From NCBI GenBank assembly GCA_963798275.1, contig CAWCTB010000053.1, positions 35,924 through 99,923 on the forward strand: a DNA stretch of 64,000 bases, read 5' to 3'. The notes below the pieces were generated by a model, which saw only the letters and a list, made by a program, of their open reading frames with translations, was not told the origin of the DNA and ran no database searches. Below are positions 20,601-30,111 of this stretch, piece by piece (positions within the stretch are counted from its first letter, which is position 1; every line of letters starts with the position of its first letter). Source of the stretch: an uncultured Acidobacteriaceae bacterium (GTDB lineage Bacteria > Acidobacteriota > Terriglobia > Terriglobales > Acidobacteriaceae). The position numbers and the translations under genes were made by a program.

Positions 20601-21340
20601 GAAGCCTTCCGGTTGACCTCTGACAGAAAGACCTCCTGTTGTGATCCGGGCAGCAATTTGTAATAGCGCGAGATGGATTGCAGTAGGATCTCCGGATTGC
20701 TGCCGTCTATCGAGGCCCCGGCGAGGAAGTCCGCACAGATCATCTCCAGGCAGTAGCCGCGGGACTTGTCGGACCCCAGCATTAAGGCTGCGGTCCCAAT
20801 TGCTTGTTCGATAACCGGGATCTGGCTGCTATAGACCTTGAAATAGATCAGCTCCGAAGGCTCAGTGTCGTTGCCCGTCAATTCCTTCGCCACTTCCCGC
20901 TGGAATTCCGCCTTGGGCATCTGTCGCGCTCTGTGCAGCCAGGTTGCACTTTCGAAGCGCTCCCCCTGCTGGCGTGCCAGCTTGGCCAACTCCACTCCCT
21001 TGGTCCATCCCACCTGTTTCAGCTCCCGCCTCACCTGCGGTGGTAGGTGTTCGTGAATCGACATCAGGTAATAACCTTCCTTCTTGATTCCGGAAACCGC
21101 CGCTCCAGAAACTCATCGAAGGACTTCAGCTTCTCCAGCCGCCAGTATTGGCCTGCCCTTACTTCGCACAGGTACTTGCCCAGTTCCACGAACCTGGTAT
21201 CACGCTCGTTTCGTGCCGTGCTTCCCAGGCCAGGATCTGGTCGATCCTGCTCAGGACCTCCTGCGCCCGGCGGCGATTCAACTGGGCAGCATGGGCGGAC
21301 ACCTAGTAAACAAGTTCGTCAAACAGACCAAGATCGACTC
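20597..21340 (-). pseudogene. Mobile-element HTH protein (ParB/KorB-like HTH region), probably carrying two frame breaks; the main ORF is 20597-21064
   Basis: Upstream of the 155-aa ORF, other frames read AAQLNRRRAQEVLSRIDQILAWEARHE and RFVELGKYLCEVRAGQYWRLEKLKSFDEFLERRFPESRRK. These join naturally to YYLMSIHEHLP.QVRRELKQVGWTKGVELAKLAR. Confidence 0.4.
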
Positions 21341-21352
21341 CCGGCTTGTGCA

Positions 21353-22100
21353 CTAGCGTTGTCTCAACGAGACCGCGCTGTCGAGGCAGAGCCCCAGAAA
21401 GGGACAGGTGGTACACGGGTTCTGGGGGAAACGGATGCCGCTATGCGGCAGGAACAGTCCCGACTGGATCCGGCGGACGGTGTCGTCGACCAGAGCTTCG
21501 AACTCGGTGTGCTGTGCCGCCGTGATTGTGGCCCGCAGGTACTGGACTACAACCGTACGCTTGCGCACGAAGACCACCTGGGCGACGTCATTGATTCCGG
21601 TCATCCAGGAATAGCAAACCAGCTGCGGGTCTAGGGCTGCGATGCCGTCTGGCTCCACTGGATAGCGGGCAGCGCTGGTCTTCCACTCCAGCACACAGGG
21701 GATGGTGTCCAGTTTTCCGACCGCATCGACGAAGGCGACAAAGCTGTCCCCGCAACTCAGCGTGCGCGTGAATCGAACCTGTTGATGGTTGAGTGGCTGG
21801 CGAATCTGGACGCGCCCGTCCTGAGTGAACCTCTCCAGCAACTGAATGCCTTGCTGAAGCATGTGGTCCCAGGTGTCATTTCCTGAGTAGACCAGCTCGA
21901 GGTTCTTACAAGGCGCCCAATGCTCGAGCAGGGCTGCTGCCGGGTCCTCATGGCGGAACAGAGCCGCCACTGCCTGTTCGAAGCAGCGTCCGAAGAGCAT
22001 GGCAGCCCGAATATCTTTCCTGCCAATCATCGAGATAGCGATGGCGATAACGGCGAGGGCAGGTCAGGTACTGAGAGATCTGGGTATAGCTGTAGGTCAT
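21353..22100 (-). pseudogene. PD-(D/E)XK nuclease with Cas4-like Cys cluster; one frame break near 22025
   Basis: The N-terminus MTYSYTQISQYLTCPRRYRHRYLD.WQE lies in one frame. The remainder (FVDAVGKLD...VLEWKTS; C-terminal CTTCPFLGLC) lies in the ORF 21353-22030 frame. One N-terminal Cys plus three C-terminal Cys is the Cas4/AddB-type 4Fe-4S pattern. Confidence 0.75.
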
Positions 22101-22558
22101 CGCAGTACCCTTTCCTTCCGCGAGTCCTTGCCACTGCCAGCCGGCGGAATGGGGATGCCCGTGGTCAGCTCTTCCCACTGGCTGGCGGGGGCGAAGCCGT
22201 CGCAGTTTACCAGCGAAATGCCGTTGACCACGGTGTGGCTGATCTTCACGACTCCGACCAAGCCGCGCAAGGCGTGCTCGTCGATCTGGTCCTGGCTGAA
22301 CAATTCGGGGTCATAGAGGAAATCCCGCAGGAACCAGCCGAGCTTCCACATCGCCTTCGGTGTGCAGTAGAGACGGCTGACGAGGGAGTGCCCGGCAAAC
22401 GCCTTCGGCTCCACGACCGAGAGGCGAAGCACATAGAAGGGCTTCTGAGCCTGCCAGCGGTGTTGGGCATGATCCAGCCGGACGAGAAAAATACCGTCAG
22501 GAATCTTAGGTCGCGAGTCACATGCCGTCTCGGAGAGTCCGGGAAGATGACGTTTCAT
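22097..22558 (-). CDS. Hypothetical protein, DUF669-like (phage recombination-module accessory protein)
   Basis: The ATG at 22558 follows CCAGGAGGTGG. Size (153 aa) and the pattern PDGIFLVRL......KPFYVLRLSVVEP..FAG..L...LY.T.KA.WKL..FL resemble DUF669. The stop overlaps the nuclease start. Confidence 0.4.
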   Translation of the reverse strand: MKRHLPGLSETACDSRPKIPDGIFLVRLDHAQHRWQAQKPFYVLRLSVVEPKAFAGHSLVSRLYCTPKAMWKLGWFLRDFLYDPELFSQDQIDEHALRGLVGVVKISHTVVNGISLVNCDGFAPASQWEELTTGIPIPPAGSGKDSRKERVLR

Positions 22559-22719
22559 CCCGCCACCTCCTGGCTGGGCGTGCGTAGCTGTTGAGCTGGC
22601 AGAGCAGGGCATCGCGGTCCTTCTTGGCTGCCTCGGCCAGCTGCTGGACGAAGGTTCGACCTGCTCACGAGTGGCTTCTTTGAGGACCTTGGTGCCACAG
22701 AAGTCGACGGCGTAGGCCT

Positions 22720-23334
22720 TCACCAACTCGGGGTCGAGCTTGTGCTGACGGATGACTGGCAGAGCCGGTCGCGGACCTTGTGACCGGAGCCGTTACCGTT
22801 CTCGCGGGTACTTTTGGGCGAACGCTGATGCAAATCGGCAGTCGCCGCAGTCGGACCTGGATTCGATCCGATTTCCTCGACCGAGCAGACTCCGATGCCG
22901 TACGCCTTGCGGAGGGCGCGATTGACTGCTCGGGTTTCGGCTACGCGCATCTCGGCACCGCGGACAAAGAGTGAGACGTTGGAGGGGTCGGCATCGCCAT
23001 AGCCGACGAACCCGGCGGAGTCTTTGGACGGATACACCGTCGCCTTGAGCACGAAACGATTCACGGCGGAATCACACAGCGAATCGACGGCCTCGACGTG
23101 GATACCGCGGCATCTCTTGCGACGCGCTAGCCGAAGCAGACCGCCGTGCGTGACGAACCAGCCTTTTTCAAGCAGAATCACATCTCCATTTGCGAGAGAA
23201 AGGCTGAATTGTCTGGTCAGTACTTTTAGCGTCTGGAGGTGGGCGCGATTGATATTCGGGTATACCTTCTTGACTAGGGAAGCCTTGAGGCGTATCAGGT
23301 GGAAGATACTACTGTTGGGACTATTGGAAGGCAT
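22720..23334 (-). CDS. Hypothetical protein with a single-strand-annealing-protein-like motif (ERF/Rad52-like?). The C-terminus probably continues to ~22505 through two frame breaks.
   Basis: FVGYGDADPSNV....GAEMRVAETRAVNRALRKAYGIGVCSVEEI resembles the conserved core of ERF/Rad52-type SSAPs. Downstream frames read IRQHKLDPELVKAYAVDFCGTKVLKEATREQVE and FVQQLAEAAKKDRDALLCQLNSYA. Confidence 0.35.
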   Translation of the reverse strand: MPSNSPNSSIFHLIRLKASLVKKVYPNINRAHLQTLKVLTRQFSLSLANGDVILLEKGWFVTHGGLLRLARRKRCRGIHVEAVDSLCDSAVNRFVLKATVYPSKDSAGFVGYGDADPSNVSLFVRGAEMRVAETRAVNRALRKAYGIGVCSVEEIGSNPGPTAATADLHQRSPKSTRENGNGSGHKVRDRLCQSSVSTSSTPSW

Positions 23335-23344
23335 AGAGCACCTC

Positions 23345-23385
23345 GTCGATATCAATATGATATCAACATGATATCGATTGATCAA
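23345..23385. promoter_or_regulatory. Operator-like array: three GATATC palindromes phased at exactly 11 bp in a divergent promoter region
   Basis: GATATC occurs at 23348, 23359 and 23370 (units TCGATATCAAT / ATGATATCAAC / ATGATATCGAT). The array lies between the minus-strand gene start (23334) and the RHH gene start (23410). Confidence 0.45.
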
Positions 23386-23409
23386 GAGAAATTCTTGGGT
23401 AACTTGAAA

Positions 23410-23613
23410 ATGAACGAATCCCGAGTTCCCGTACTCATTCGAATACGAGCCAATCTAAAAGCAAGCGTCGAAGAACTAGCGAAGGCGGAGCACCGCTCAA
23501 CGAATCAACAAATCGAATTCCTTCTCGAGAGAGCGTTGGCACAAATGAACGAAGAGAGCGATCTCTTGCGCACAACAAATGACAAGCGAAAGAAGAGAAG
23601 AGAAGGGGCTTAA
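23410..23613 (+). CDS. Ribbon-helix-helix (Arc/CopG-type) DNA-binding protein
   Basis: MNESRVPVLIRIRANLKASVEELAKAEHRSTNQQIEFLLERAL shows the beta-strand plus two-helix RHH pattern, followed by a basic tail. Confidence 0.7.
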   Translation: MNESRVPVLIRIRANLKASVEELAKAEHRSTNQQIEFLLERALAQMNEESDLLRTTNDKRKKRREGA

Positions 23614-23779
23614 CCAGGTTGACGGGGGCGCCGAGCTCGTTCAACGCCTGTTCACCCAGGAGGAGCTGAAGGCAAATTAAGAATCCTTCCAGGACTCTCT
23701 GCGCACCGCCAACGTTCCCAGTCTTATTGGCGAAATAAAAGCGAAAATGGTAAACTCCGGTTGACTCTGAATCGGAGGT

Positions 23780-24376
23780 ATGACTTTGTGGAGAATGGAT
23801 AACAACGACGATGTCGCCTCATCGACCAGAAGGGTCGCAGCGAACCGTCGCAACGCCCAACTGTCGACGGGTCCCAGAACCGAAGAGGGCAAGAGTTGGT
23901 CGCGATGCAATGCCATCAAGCATGGCATCCTCGCTTCTTCCCTCCTAGTCACCCAGGGAGAAGGGGCGGAAGTTGAAGCCGAGTTTAATGAGTTTCTGGA
24001 TGGGCTTAAGACAAGCCTTGCTCCCGTCGGCATGCTCGAAGAGACCCTTGTCGAGCAGATAGCGGTGTGTTGGTGGCGTCAGAAGCGCGCCCTAAGATGC
24101 GAGGCCGGGCTGGTCAAACTGGCGTTTGCTGGTCCCGCACGTCTAGTAGATGATCACATCCTCGACAGAGAGCGCGACACAGATTCAAAACAGGCAACAA
24201 TCAAGGATCATCTCAGTTTGCCCTTGGGTTTTGACCTCGACCGGATCCTCCGCTACGAAACAACAATCCAGCGCCAGCTAGCCTACGCCATCAATCAGCT
24301 GGAGCGTTTGCAACGGACACGCAAAGGTGAACACGTACCGGCGCCGGTGAACGTTCAGCTCTCGAGCGATCAGTAG
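23780..24376 (+). CDS. Conserved hypothetical protein
   Basis: A GGAGG RBS precedes the ATG. The N-terminal motif ANRRNAQLSTGPRTEEGKSWSRCNAIKHGILA recurs in many uncharacterised soil-bacterial proteins. Confidence 0.55.
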   Translation: MTLWRMDNNDDVASSTRRVAANRRNAQLSTGPRTEEGKSWSRCNAIKHGILASSLLVTQGEGAEVEAEFNEFLDGLKTSLAPVGMLEETLVEQIAVCWWRQKRALRCEAGLVKLAFAGPARLVDDHILDRERDTDSKQATIKDHLSLPLGFDLDRILRYETTIQRQLAYAINQLERLQRTRKGEHVPAPVNVQLSSDQ

Positions 24377-24748
24377 GTTGGTACATGCCGTACGGGCCTT
24401 TCGATTCGGACCCAGTCTTCTAAAGCGCCTGTCGCTCGCACCGTCAGCCGCCACGCTAGTGGAAATCTTGAGTATCTCTTTGAATCTACGTATGTCCCCC
24501 TCGATCTAGAATTCTCGTGTTTCTTCCCACGGAATTTGTGGAAGACATTGATTCAGCGAAACGAAGCCAATAAGTGCTTTCTTATCAATGCCGCGTCACA
24601 GATTGGCGACGCGGCGACGCGACAGCTCGGCAGAAAAACCATCAGCATGTTGGGGCTCGCCTGTGTGTTGGTCTGCAGCGAGCGCCTCCCGTTCAACCGC
24701 TGCGGAAAATTGCTCTTCAGCCCCTTCCAGGACTTGCCAGACAGCGGG

Positions 24749-26605
24749 TCATGGATCGGGTTCCCCGGTGGCGGCAAAGCGCACTCCCGCGAGTTGCCTG
24801 CCCGAAGCCAGCACCTCCCGGACCTTGATCCGGTTTACGCCAGCCTGTCGCAACGCCGCTGCGAAGACATCCAGCGCCGCCTCGCAACTTGTATTTGCTG
24901 GCATGCGAAAGATCCAGGGGACATTGGTGGACGTCAACGTCTTGTCCGATGCCGCCGCGATGACCGGCACAAACGCCTTCACCCCGATCTGTTCCGACAG
25001 ATGGCTGGCCGCGCGGTCCAGCGCAAGGATGCCGACCACGTTCTCATCGTAGACAGCATGCACCAACTGGCTCGACGCTTTTCCCCAGGGCAAATCGGAA
25101 GAGACTGGTACCAGCGAGATCTTCAGCCCGTTCTTCTGCAGTTCGGCCAGTTCGCTCATCACTCGCTCGGAATGTACCAATTGCTCCGCCTGCGGGCCGA
25201 ACACCGCAATCTTCGCATCAGCTATCTTCGCATCGGGGAGCGCTGGTCCGTTGTAGGGAACCCCATCTTCACCCACCCGCGCGTATTCCTTCTGCATGCT
25301 CATGCGCCGGTACTCGATGTGCCCGTTGTGAACTGTGCCCAGGTACATCGGACGTATTGCTTTGGCATTCGGATCGAACGTCATCTCACCGGTCACGCCC
25401 TTGTAGGTGACCGTGCTGTACAGAGAGTCGCGAATGACCGCCCGGTTCAGTCCCGCCTGGCAGATGGCCTGCAGCAGGATCTCCATCTGGTCGTAGGCCA
25501 GCGCCGCGAAGTGGTCCGGCTTTTCGTGATAGCGCGCTTCGTAGCGCGTCACAAACCCGCGCCACGCCGGATCGCTGCTGTTCGGGTCATACGGATACAC
25601 CGCCTCGAACCCCTCGGCGTCCCCGCCTGCCAGCGTGATCAGTTCGTCGTCCAGCGTGCGATGGCTGCCAAACACGCGTTGCGTCATCCCCATGGCCCGC
25701 ATCTGCTTCAGGATCGCCGCCGCCTTGGGCACGTCCGTCCACAGCACAACCGCATCCACCCGCGAGTCGTTGATCACCCGCAGTTGCCGGCTGTAGTCCG
25801 TGTCGTACGGCATGAATTTCTGCTCGATCACGATCGGATGTCCTAACCGTCGCGACGCGTCCTTGAACTTGCCCACGCCGAAGCGACCGTAACGGTCGTT
25901 GACTCGCAGAATAGCGACCCTCTTCAGGCCGAGGTCGGTGTAGATGTGCCTCGCCAGCGTATAGCCCTGCACCCGGTCATCCTGCAGGTCGGTGAAGTAC
26001 CACGGGATGATCGTCTCCGGAATCGTCGGATCGGTGGCGGCGCTGTTCACGATCGGAACCTCTGCCCGCAACGCCACCCGCAGCGCGATGTGCGTCGTGT
26101 CTCCGCTGATGGAGCCGAAGATCGCCCACACCTGGTCGTCGTACACCATCTTGACGACCTCGTTGCTCGACGCTCCCCAGATCGCCGAATCGTTGTGCAG
26201 CATCAGCTTGAACGGCTTTCCGCCATAGCCGCCCGCAGCGTTCGCCTCGTCGATCGCCAGGCTCGCGCCGTTCAGCATGCGCTTGCCCTGCGCCGCCTCC
26301 GGATGGTTCTCCAGCGGCCCAATGAAGCCGATGCGTACTTCCGATACATCTTGTGGGAAGGGCAGATCGCGCGCCGCCCCGTTGTACTCCACCACGTCGG
26401 TGTAATTCTCGAAGTACGGCACCGTGAACTTCGAGAACGGACGCATGTCCTCGGGCTCCTGCGCGTATGGTTTCATGGACCGCGGCGCAGGCCGGCCCGG
26501 CGCATTACTTCCGCACGAACAGCCCTTGAAGGTCTGCGCCCAGCTTGCACCTGCGCAGACGCACGCCAGCAACAGCGACAGCCACAATCGCGAAGCACGA
26601 GGCAT
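24749..26605 (-). CDS. ABC-type solute-binding protein (Leu/Ile/Val-binding, Peripla_BP_6-like) with an extra C-terminal PBP-like half
   Basis: The ATG at 26605 gives signal peptide MPRASRLWLSLLLACVCAGASWA. IGFIGPL......GKRMLNGASLAIDEANAAGGYGGKPFKLMLHND and later motifs fit type-I periplasmic binding proteins. The listed ORF start (26917) is an upstream extension. Confidence 0.85.
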   Translation of the reverse strand: MPRASRLWLSLLLACVCAGASWAQTFKGCSCGSNAPGRPAPRSMKPYAQEPEDMRPFSKFTVPYFENYTDVVEYNGAARDLPFPQDVSEVRIGFIGPLENHPEAAQGKRMLNGASLAIDEANAAGGYGGKPFKLMLHNDSAIWGASSNEVVKMVYDDQVWAIFGSISGDTTHIALRVALRAEVPIVNSAATDPTIPETIIPWYFTDLQDDRVQGYTLARHIYTDLGLKRVAILRVNDRYGRFGVGKFKDASRRLGHPIVIEQKFMPYDTDYSRQLRVINDSRVDAVVLWTDVPKAAAILKQMRAMGMTQRVFGSHRTLDDELITLAGGDAEGFEAVYPYDPNSSDPAWRGFVTRYEARYHEKPDHFAALAYDQMEILLQAICQAGLNRAVIRDSLYSTVTYKGVTGEMTFDPNAKAIRPMYLGTVHNGHIEYRRMSMQKEYARVGEDGVPYNGPALPDAKIADAKIAVFGPQAEQLVHSERVMSELAELQKNGLKISLVPVSSDLPWGKASSQLVHAVYDENVVGILALDRAASHLSEQIGVKAFVPVIAAASDKTLTSTNVPWIFRMPANTSCEAALDVFAAALRQAGVNRIKVREVLASGRQLAGVRFAATGEPDP

Positions 26606-26609
26606 TTCC

Positions 26610-27098
26610 CTACTCCTGGGGTGACGGACGGCGGAACATGGCGATGGCCTCAATCTCCACCAGCAGTTCGGGACGGCACAACTTCGCCTGGATCCCCGTC
26701 GAAGCCGGCAGCGGATCGAGCCCCTGCAAGCGGTAAAACGCGGTGCGCTCTTCGTTGAACGCCGCGTAATCGCGATCGATGTCACGCAGGTAGCACGTCG
26801 TCCGCACGATGTCCTTCCATGTAGCGCCTTCCGACGCCAGCAGCGCCGTAATGTTTTGGAAGGTCCGCCGCGTCTGTGCCCGGAAGTCGCCCACGAACAG
26901 CGTCTCTCCGTTGCCATCGATGCTGGCCGTGCCCGAGATCAGCAGGATCACCAGCCCGTTCAGGTCGAGGCGCATGCCGCGTGAGAACGAACTCGGCTTC
27001 TGGTAGTCGTAGGCCTCGTTCAGCACATCCAGATTGGTGATGGCGCGCTTCTCCACCGGCGCGTTGGTAACTTCCTGCAGCAGTTCTTGAACTGTCAT
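26610..27098 (-). CDS. Rid (YjgF/YER057c/UK114) family protein
   Basis: LLISGTASIDGNGE...GDFRAQTRRTFQNITALLASEGATWKDIVRTTCYLRD......PASTGIQAKLCRPELLVEIEAIA. Confidence 0.8.
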   Translation of the reverse strand: MTVQELLQEVTNAPVEKRAITNLDVLNEAYDYQKPSSFSRGMRLDLNGLVILLISGTASIDGNGETLFVGDFRAQTRRTFQNITALLASEGATWKDIVRTTCYLRDIDRDYAAFNEERTAFYRLQGLDPLPASTGIQAKLCRPELLVEIEAIAMFRRPSPQE

Positions 27099-27129
27099 CG
27101 CTATCTCCTTGAGCTGTCTCTATGTAGCC

Positions 27130-28191
27130 TTACTTTTGTCGAATGCCATGGCCCAGCCCTTTGGCCGTCGCCACCCAGATATCGTCGCCCTGAAAATCCA
27201 CCGCCAGCGTGTAGTTATGCGGCGGCGCCGTGTCTACCTCAACTTTTGTTGTGTTGCCCTCGGCATCCCGCACCACCATCTCCGGCTTCCCCGTATCCAG
27301 CGCCGGACGGTACACCGCCCAGTTGGTGCCGTCGAAATACGCCAGTCCCTTGTCCGTCGAGAACCACGCGCGGTTCGCATCCAACGCCTTCACCTGGTTG
27401 GTGAAGTTGCTGGGCAGCCCGCTGTCCTTGCTCATGAAGTTGTGCCAGTTGCGCCCGTCATAGCGGCTGTCCCCGAAATACGTCGCCACCCACAGGATCT
27501 TGTCCACGTAGCTAACGGAAGTCGTGATCTCGTGGATGAGCCCCTGGTCCTTGAACAACACGATCTCGGTCTCGCCATCCGGATCGTTGTAATCTTTCCA
27601 GCGTTCCGTCGCGACGTCGTACTCCAGCACGCCGCCGCCCCAAACCGCGTAGTACACCTTCTCCGGAGTCGCCGTCACCGCGTACGTCCAGATCTCGTAC
27701 ATGGGCGTGTTGCGCTCGTTGAATAAGGCCCACTGCCCGGTGCGCGTATTGAGACGGCTCGCGCCCGCGGCGGTGGCCGTCCACACGTAGTCGCCTTGCA
27801 CCGCGACGCCGTACACCACGTCGTTGCTCAGCCCGGAGTTGAGCTGGTTGTACGTGTCGATTCGTCCGGCCGACACCCGGCTCAAGCCGCCCATGGTGCC
27901 CACCCAAAGATCACCTGTGCGTTTGTCGAGCGCCATTGACAGCACCGCCCGATGCGCCAGTCCGTCGGCCGGACGAAACACCTTCCACTTGCCGTCTTCG
28001 TACAGCCCCAATCCGTTCTCGGTCGCAACCCACACGCGGGCGCCATCCACCAGCACCGAATACACGTGGTTATCGGGGAGCCCGTTCGCCACCGTGAAAT
28101 TTTCAAACCGGTAGCGCGGCATGTCTGGTGTGGCCGCCAGAACCGGCAAGGCCGTGACGACGAAGACAAGTAGAATGCAGGCCCTTTTCAT
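27130..28191 (-). CDS. Secreted two-component-regulator-propeller (Reg_prop) repeat protein
   Basis: Signal peptide MKRACILLVFVVTALPVLAA. Repeated NGLP.N.VY...VDG..VWVAT..GL motifs. Confidence 0.75.
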   Translation of the reverse strand: MKRACILLVFVVTALPVLAATPDMPRYRFENFTVANGLPDNHVYSVLVDGARVWVATENGLGLYEDGKWKVFRPADGLAHRAVLSMALDKRTGDLWVGTMGGLSRVSAGRIDTYNQLNSGLSNDVVYGVAVQGDYVWTATAAGASRLNTRTGQWALFNERNTPMYEIWTYAVTATPEKVYYAVWGGGVLEYDVATERWKDYNDPDGETEIVLFKDQGLIHEITTSVSYVDKILWVATYFGDSRYDGRNWHNFMSKDSGLPSNFTNQVKALDANRAWFSTDKGLAYFDGTNWAVYRPALDTGKPEMVVRDAEGNTTKVEVDTAPPHNYTLAVDFQGDDIWVATAKGLGHGIRQK

Positions 28192-30059
28192 AATGTCCTC
28201 AAGTACTCGATCAGATCGTTCAGTTCGTCTTTGGTCAGATCGTTGGTGACGCCGTGCGTGTCGTTGGGATTGAAGACCGTCCAGATTTCTTCCATCGACC
28301 GCGCCGACCCGTCATGCAGGTAGGGCGCCGAATACGCCACGTCGGTCAGGTGCGGCACGTCGATCAGCGGCGACCGGTCCGTCTTCTTTCCGCTGCCCAC
28401 GTCCGCCAGCTTCTGATTGGTGTATTTCGGACCGCTATGGCAATAGGCGCATTGGTTGGCTTGCGGTATCGGACGCCCATCTTTATAAGTAGTGCGCTCG
28501 AAAATCGCCTGGCCGCGCTCCTGCTGCGGCGATAATTCCCCAGTGGGCAGGCGATATCGGTTCGGCCGCAGCGGCAGCGCCTGCACGAACGACACCAGGT
28601 CCGCCAGCTCCGCGCTGTTGTAACTCTGTGAGCGATAAAAATATTTTTCGGTGCGCGGGCCGCACTCGGTCGGCATATTGGGATTGCCGCCATTCCACTT
28701 GAACGGCTCCGTACCATTCAGGTCCTCGATCGAACGATTGTCGACGATGTCCTTGCCGAAGCCGTCCGGCTCCAGGTCCCATTGCAGGCCGTCAAACGTC
28801 GCGTCAAGATGGCAATTCGCGCAACTGAACTCTCCCTGGAACGCGTACCGCGCCGTATAGAAGATGCGTTCGCCTCGCCGCAGCGAGTTCAGGTCCTTGC
28901 GCCCGCCCAGGTCGATCGACGACACCACCTGGTCGCTCGCCGTGTCGATCACGCTGATGCTGTCGTCCATGCGGTTCGCCACGAACAGCCGCTTGCCATC
29001 GCCCGACAGCACCAGTCCTCGCGGATTCATGCCCACCGCGATGCGCCCCGTCACGTAGTTCGCCGACGCCGACAGATCGTTCGCCGCCGTGCTCGGCGCT
29101 GTCCGCGCGAACGCCAGCAGCCTGGGAATGTCGATCACCGTCACCGACTCCGAGCCCGCCGTGCTCACATACAACTTCGACTTATCGGGAGCGATCGCCA
29201 CCGCGAACGGCATCGCAAAGTAGCGCTCCAGTTCGTCAATCGGCACCTGCACCACGCCGCCTCCCACGTCATCGCCGAACAGCGCCAGCGAGTCGCCGAA
29301 GACCCATCCGTGCTCCACGTGCGCCAGCGGCACCAGGTTCTTCGGCCGAAGTTGCGGAGCCACGCCCAGCTTCCCGTCGGACGAAATCGCGAGCTGAAAC
29401 ACTCCCGCCACGTTGTGCAGCGGCAGGCGATCGATCACCGTCTGCCGCGCCGTGTCGATTACCGTGATCTCCGACTCCGGCGCGGTGCGATGCACCTTAT
29501 TGATCTTCGGATAGATGTGCGTGCAGTACAGCCTCGTGCCGTCCGCTGACAACGCCAGATAGCTTGCACCCCGTCCCGCCAGCAACCGCTTCGTCTCCTG
29601 CCCGCTCCCCAGGTCGATCACCGAAATGTCGTTGCTCAGCCGGTTCGCCACGTAGAGCGTCTTGCCCGCTTTGTCGACGGCGACGCCGGTTGGCTCGAAG
29701 CCCGTCGGCAACGTCCGCGTGACCTTGAGCGCAGTCGCATCGATCACCGAGACCGTGTCGTCCCAGGTATTGGTCACGTAGATCTGCTGGCCGTCAGCCG
29801 ACACCGCGATCCCGCGCGGCACCCGTCCCACCGCCACGCTCTTCACCAACTTGCCCGAATTCGCATCGACCACGCGCAACTCGTTGCCGCGCTCGCACAC
29901 CACGTACAGCCAGCGCCCATCGGGAGATGCCGCCATCAGGTAAGGCGAGAGATATCGCGGCTCATCGCTCTCCGGCTTCGCCCTCGCTCCCACGGCAAAC
30001 GCAAGAACCACAAACGCGACCGCCGCTGCAGCCCAGACAGCCAGCGCCGGGGGCCCCAT
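28188..30059 (-). CDS. YVTN-family beta-propeller fused to a di-haem cytochrome c (CCP/MauG-like) domain
   Basis: Repeats of P.G.AVS.DG..LYV.N...D.VSVID are followed by two CxxCH motifs (CANCH, CAYCH). The likely start is MGPPALAVW (~30059). The listed ORF runs on to 30275 because it is fused in frame to the tail of the upstream ASPIC gene. Confidence 0.8.
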   Translation of the reverse strand: MGPPALAVWAAAAVAFVVLAFAVGARAKPESDEPRYLSPYLMAASPDGRWLYVVCERGNELRVVDANSGKLVKSVAVGRVPRGIAVSADGQQIYVTNTWDDTVSVIDATALKVTRTLPTGFEPTGVAVDKAGKTLYVANRLSNDISVIDLGSGQETKRLLAGRGASYLALSADGTRLYCTHIYPKINKVHRTAPESEITVIDTARQTVIDRLPLHNVAGVFQLAISSDGKLGVAPQLRPKNLVPLAHVEHGWVFGDSLALFGDDVGGGVVQVPIDELERYFAMPFAVAIAPDKSKLYVSTAGSESVTVIDIPRLLAFARTAPSTAANDLSASANYVTGRIAVGMNPRGLVLSGDGKRLFVANRMDDSISVIDTASDQVVSSIDLGGRKDLNSLRRGERIFYTARYAFQGEFSCANCHLDATFDGLQWDLEPDGFGKDIVDNRSIEDLNGTEPFKWNGGNPNMPTECGPRTEKYFYRSQSYNSAELADLVSFVQALPLRPNRYRLPTGELSPQQERGQAIFERTTYKDGRPIPQANQCAYCHSGPKYTNQKLADVGSGKKTDRSPLIDVPHLTDVAYSAPYLHDGSARSMEEIWTVFNPNDTHGVTNDLTKDELNDLIEYLRTL

Positions 30060-30111
30060 CCAACCCGTATTTGGTTGGGTGGGGTTTCTTAGAGCTCGGA
30101 CGAGGCCCTTC

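Noticed and set aside
24536-25846. Long ORFs (100-590 aa) antisense to real genes. Examples: 24536-25846(+), 43627-45408(+), 35638-36735(-), 57720-59390(+), 28782-29549(+), 32897-34129(+), 59783-60715(+).
   Set aside because: They are Arg/Pro/His-rich with no recognisable domains. Each mirrors a well-supported gene on the other strand, which is the typical shadow-ORF pattern of high-GC DNA.
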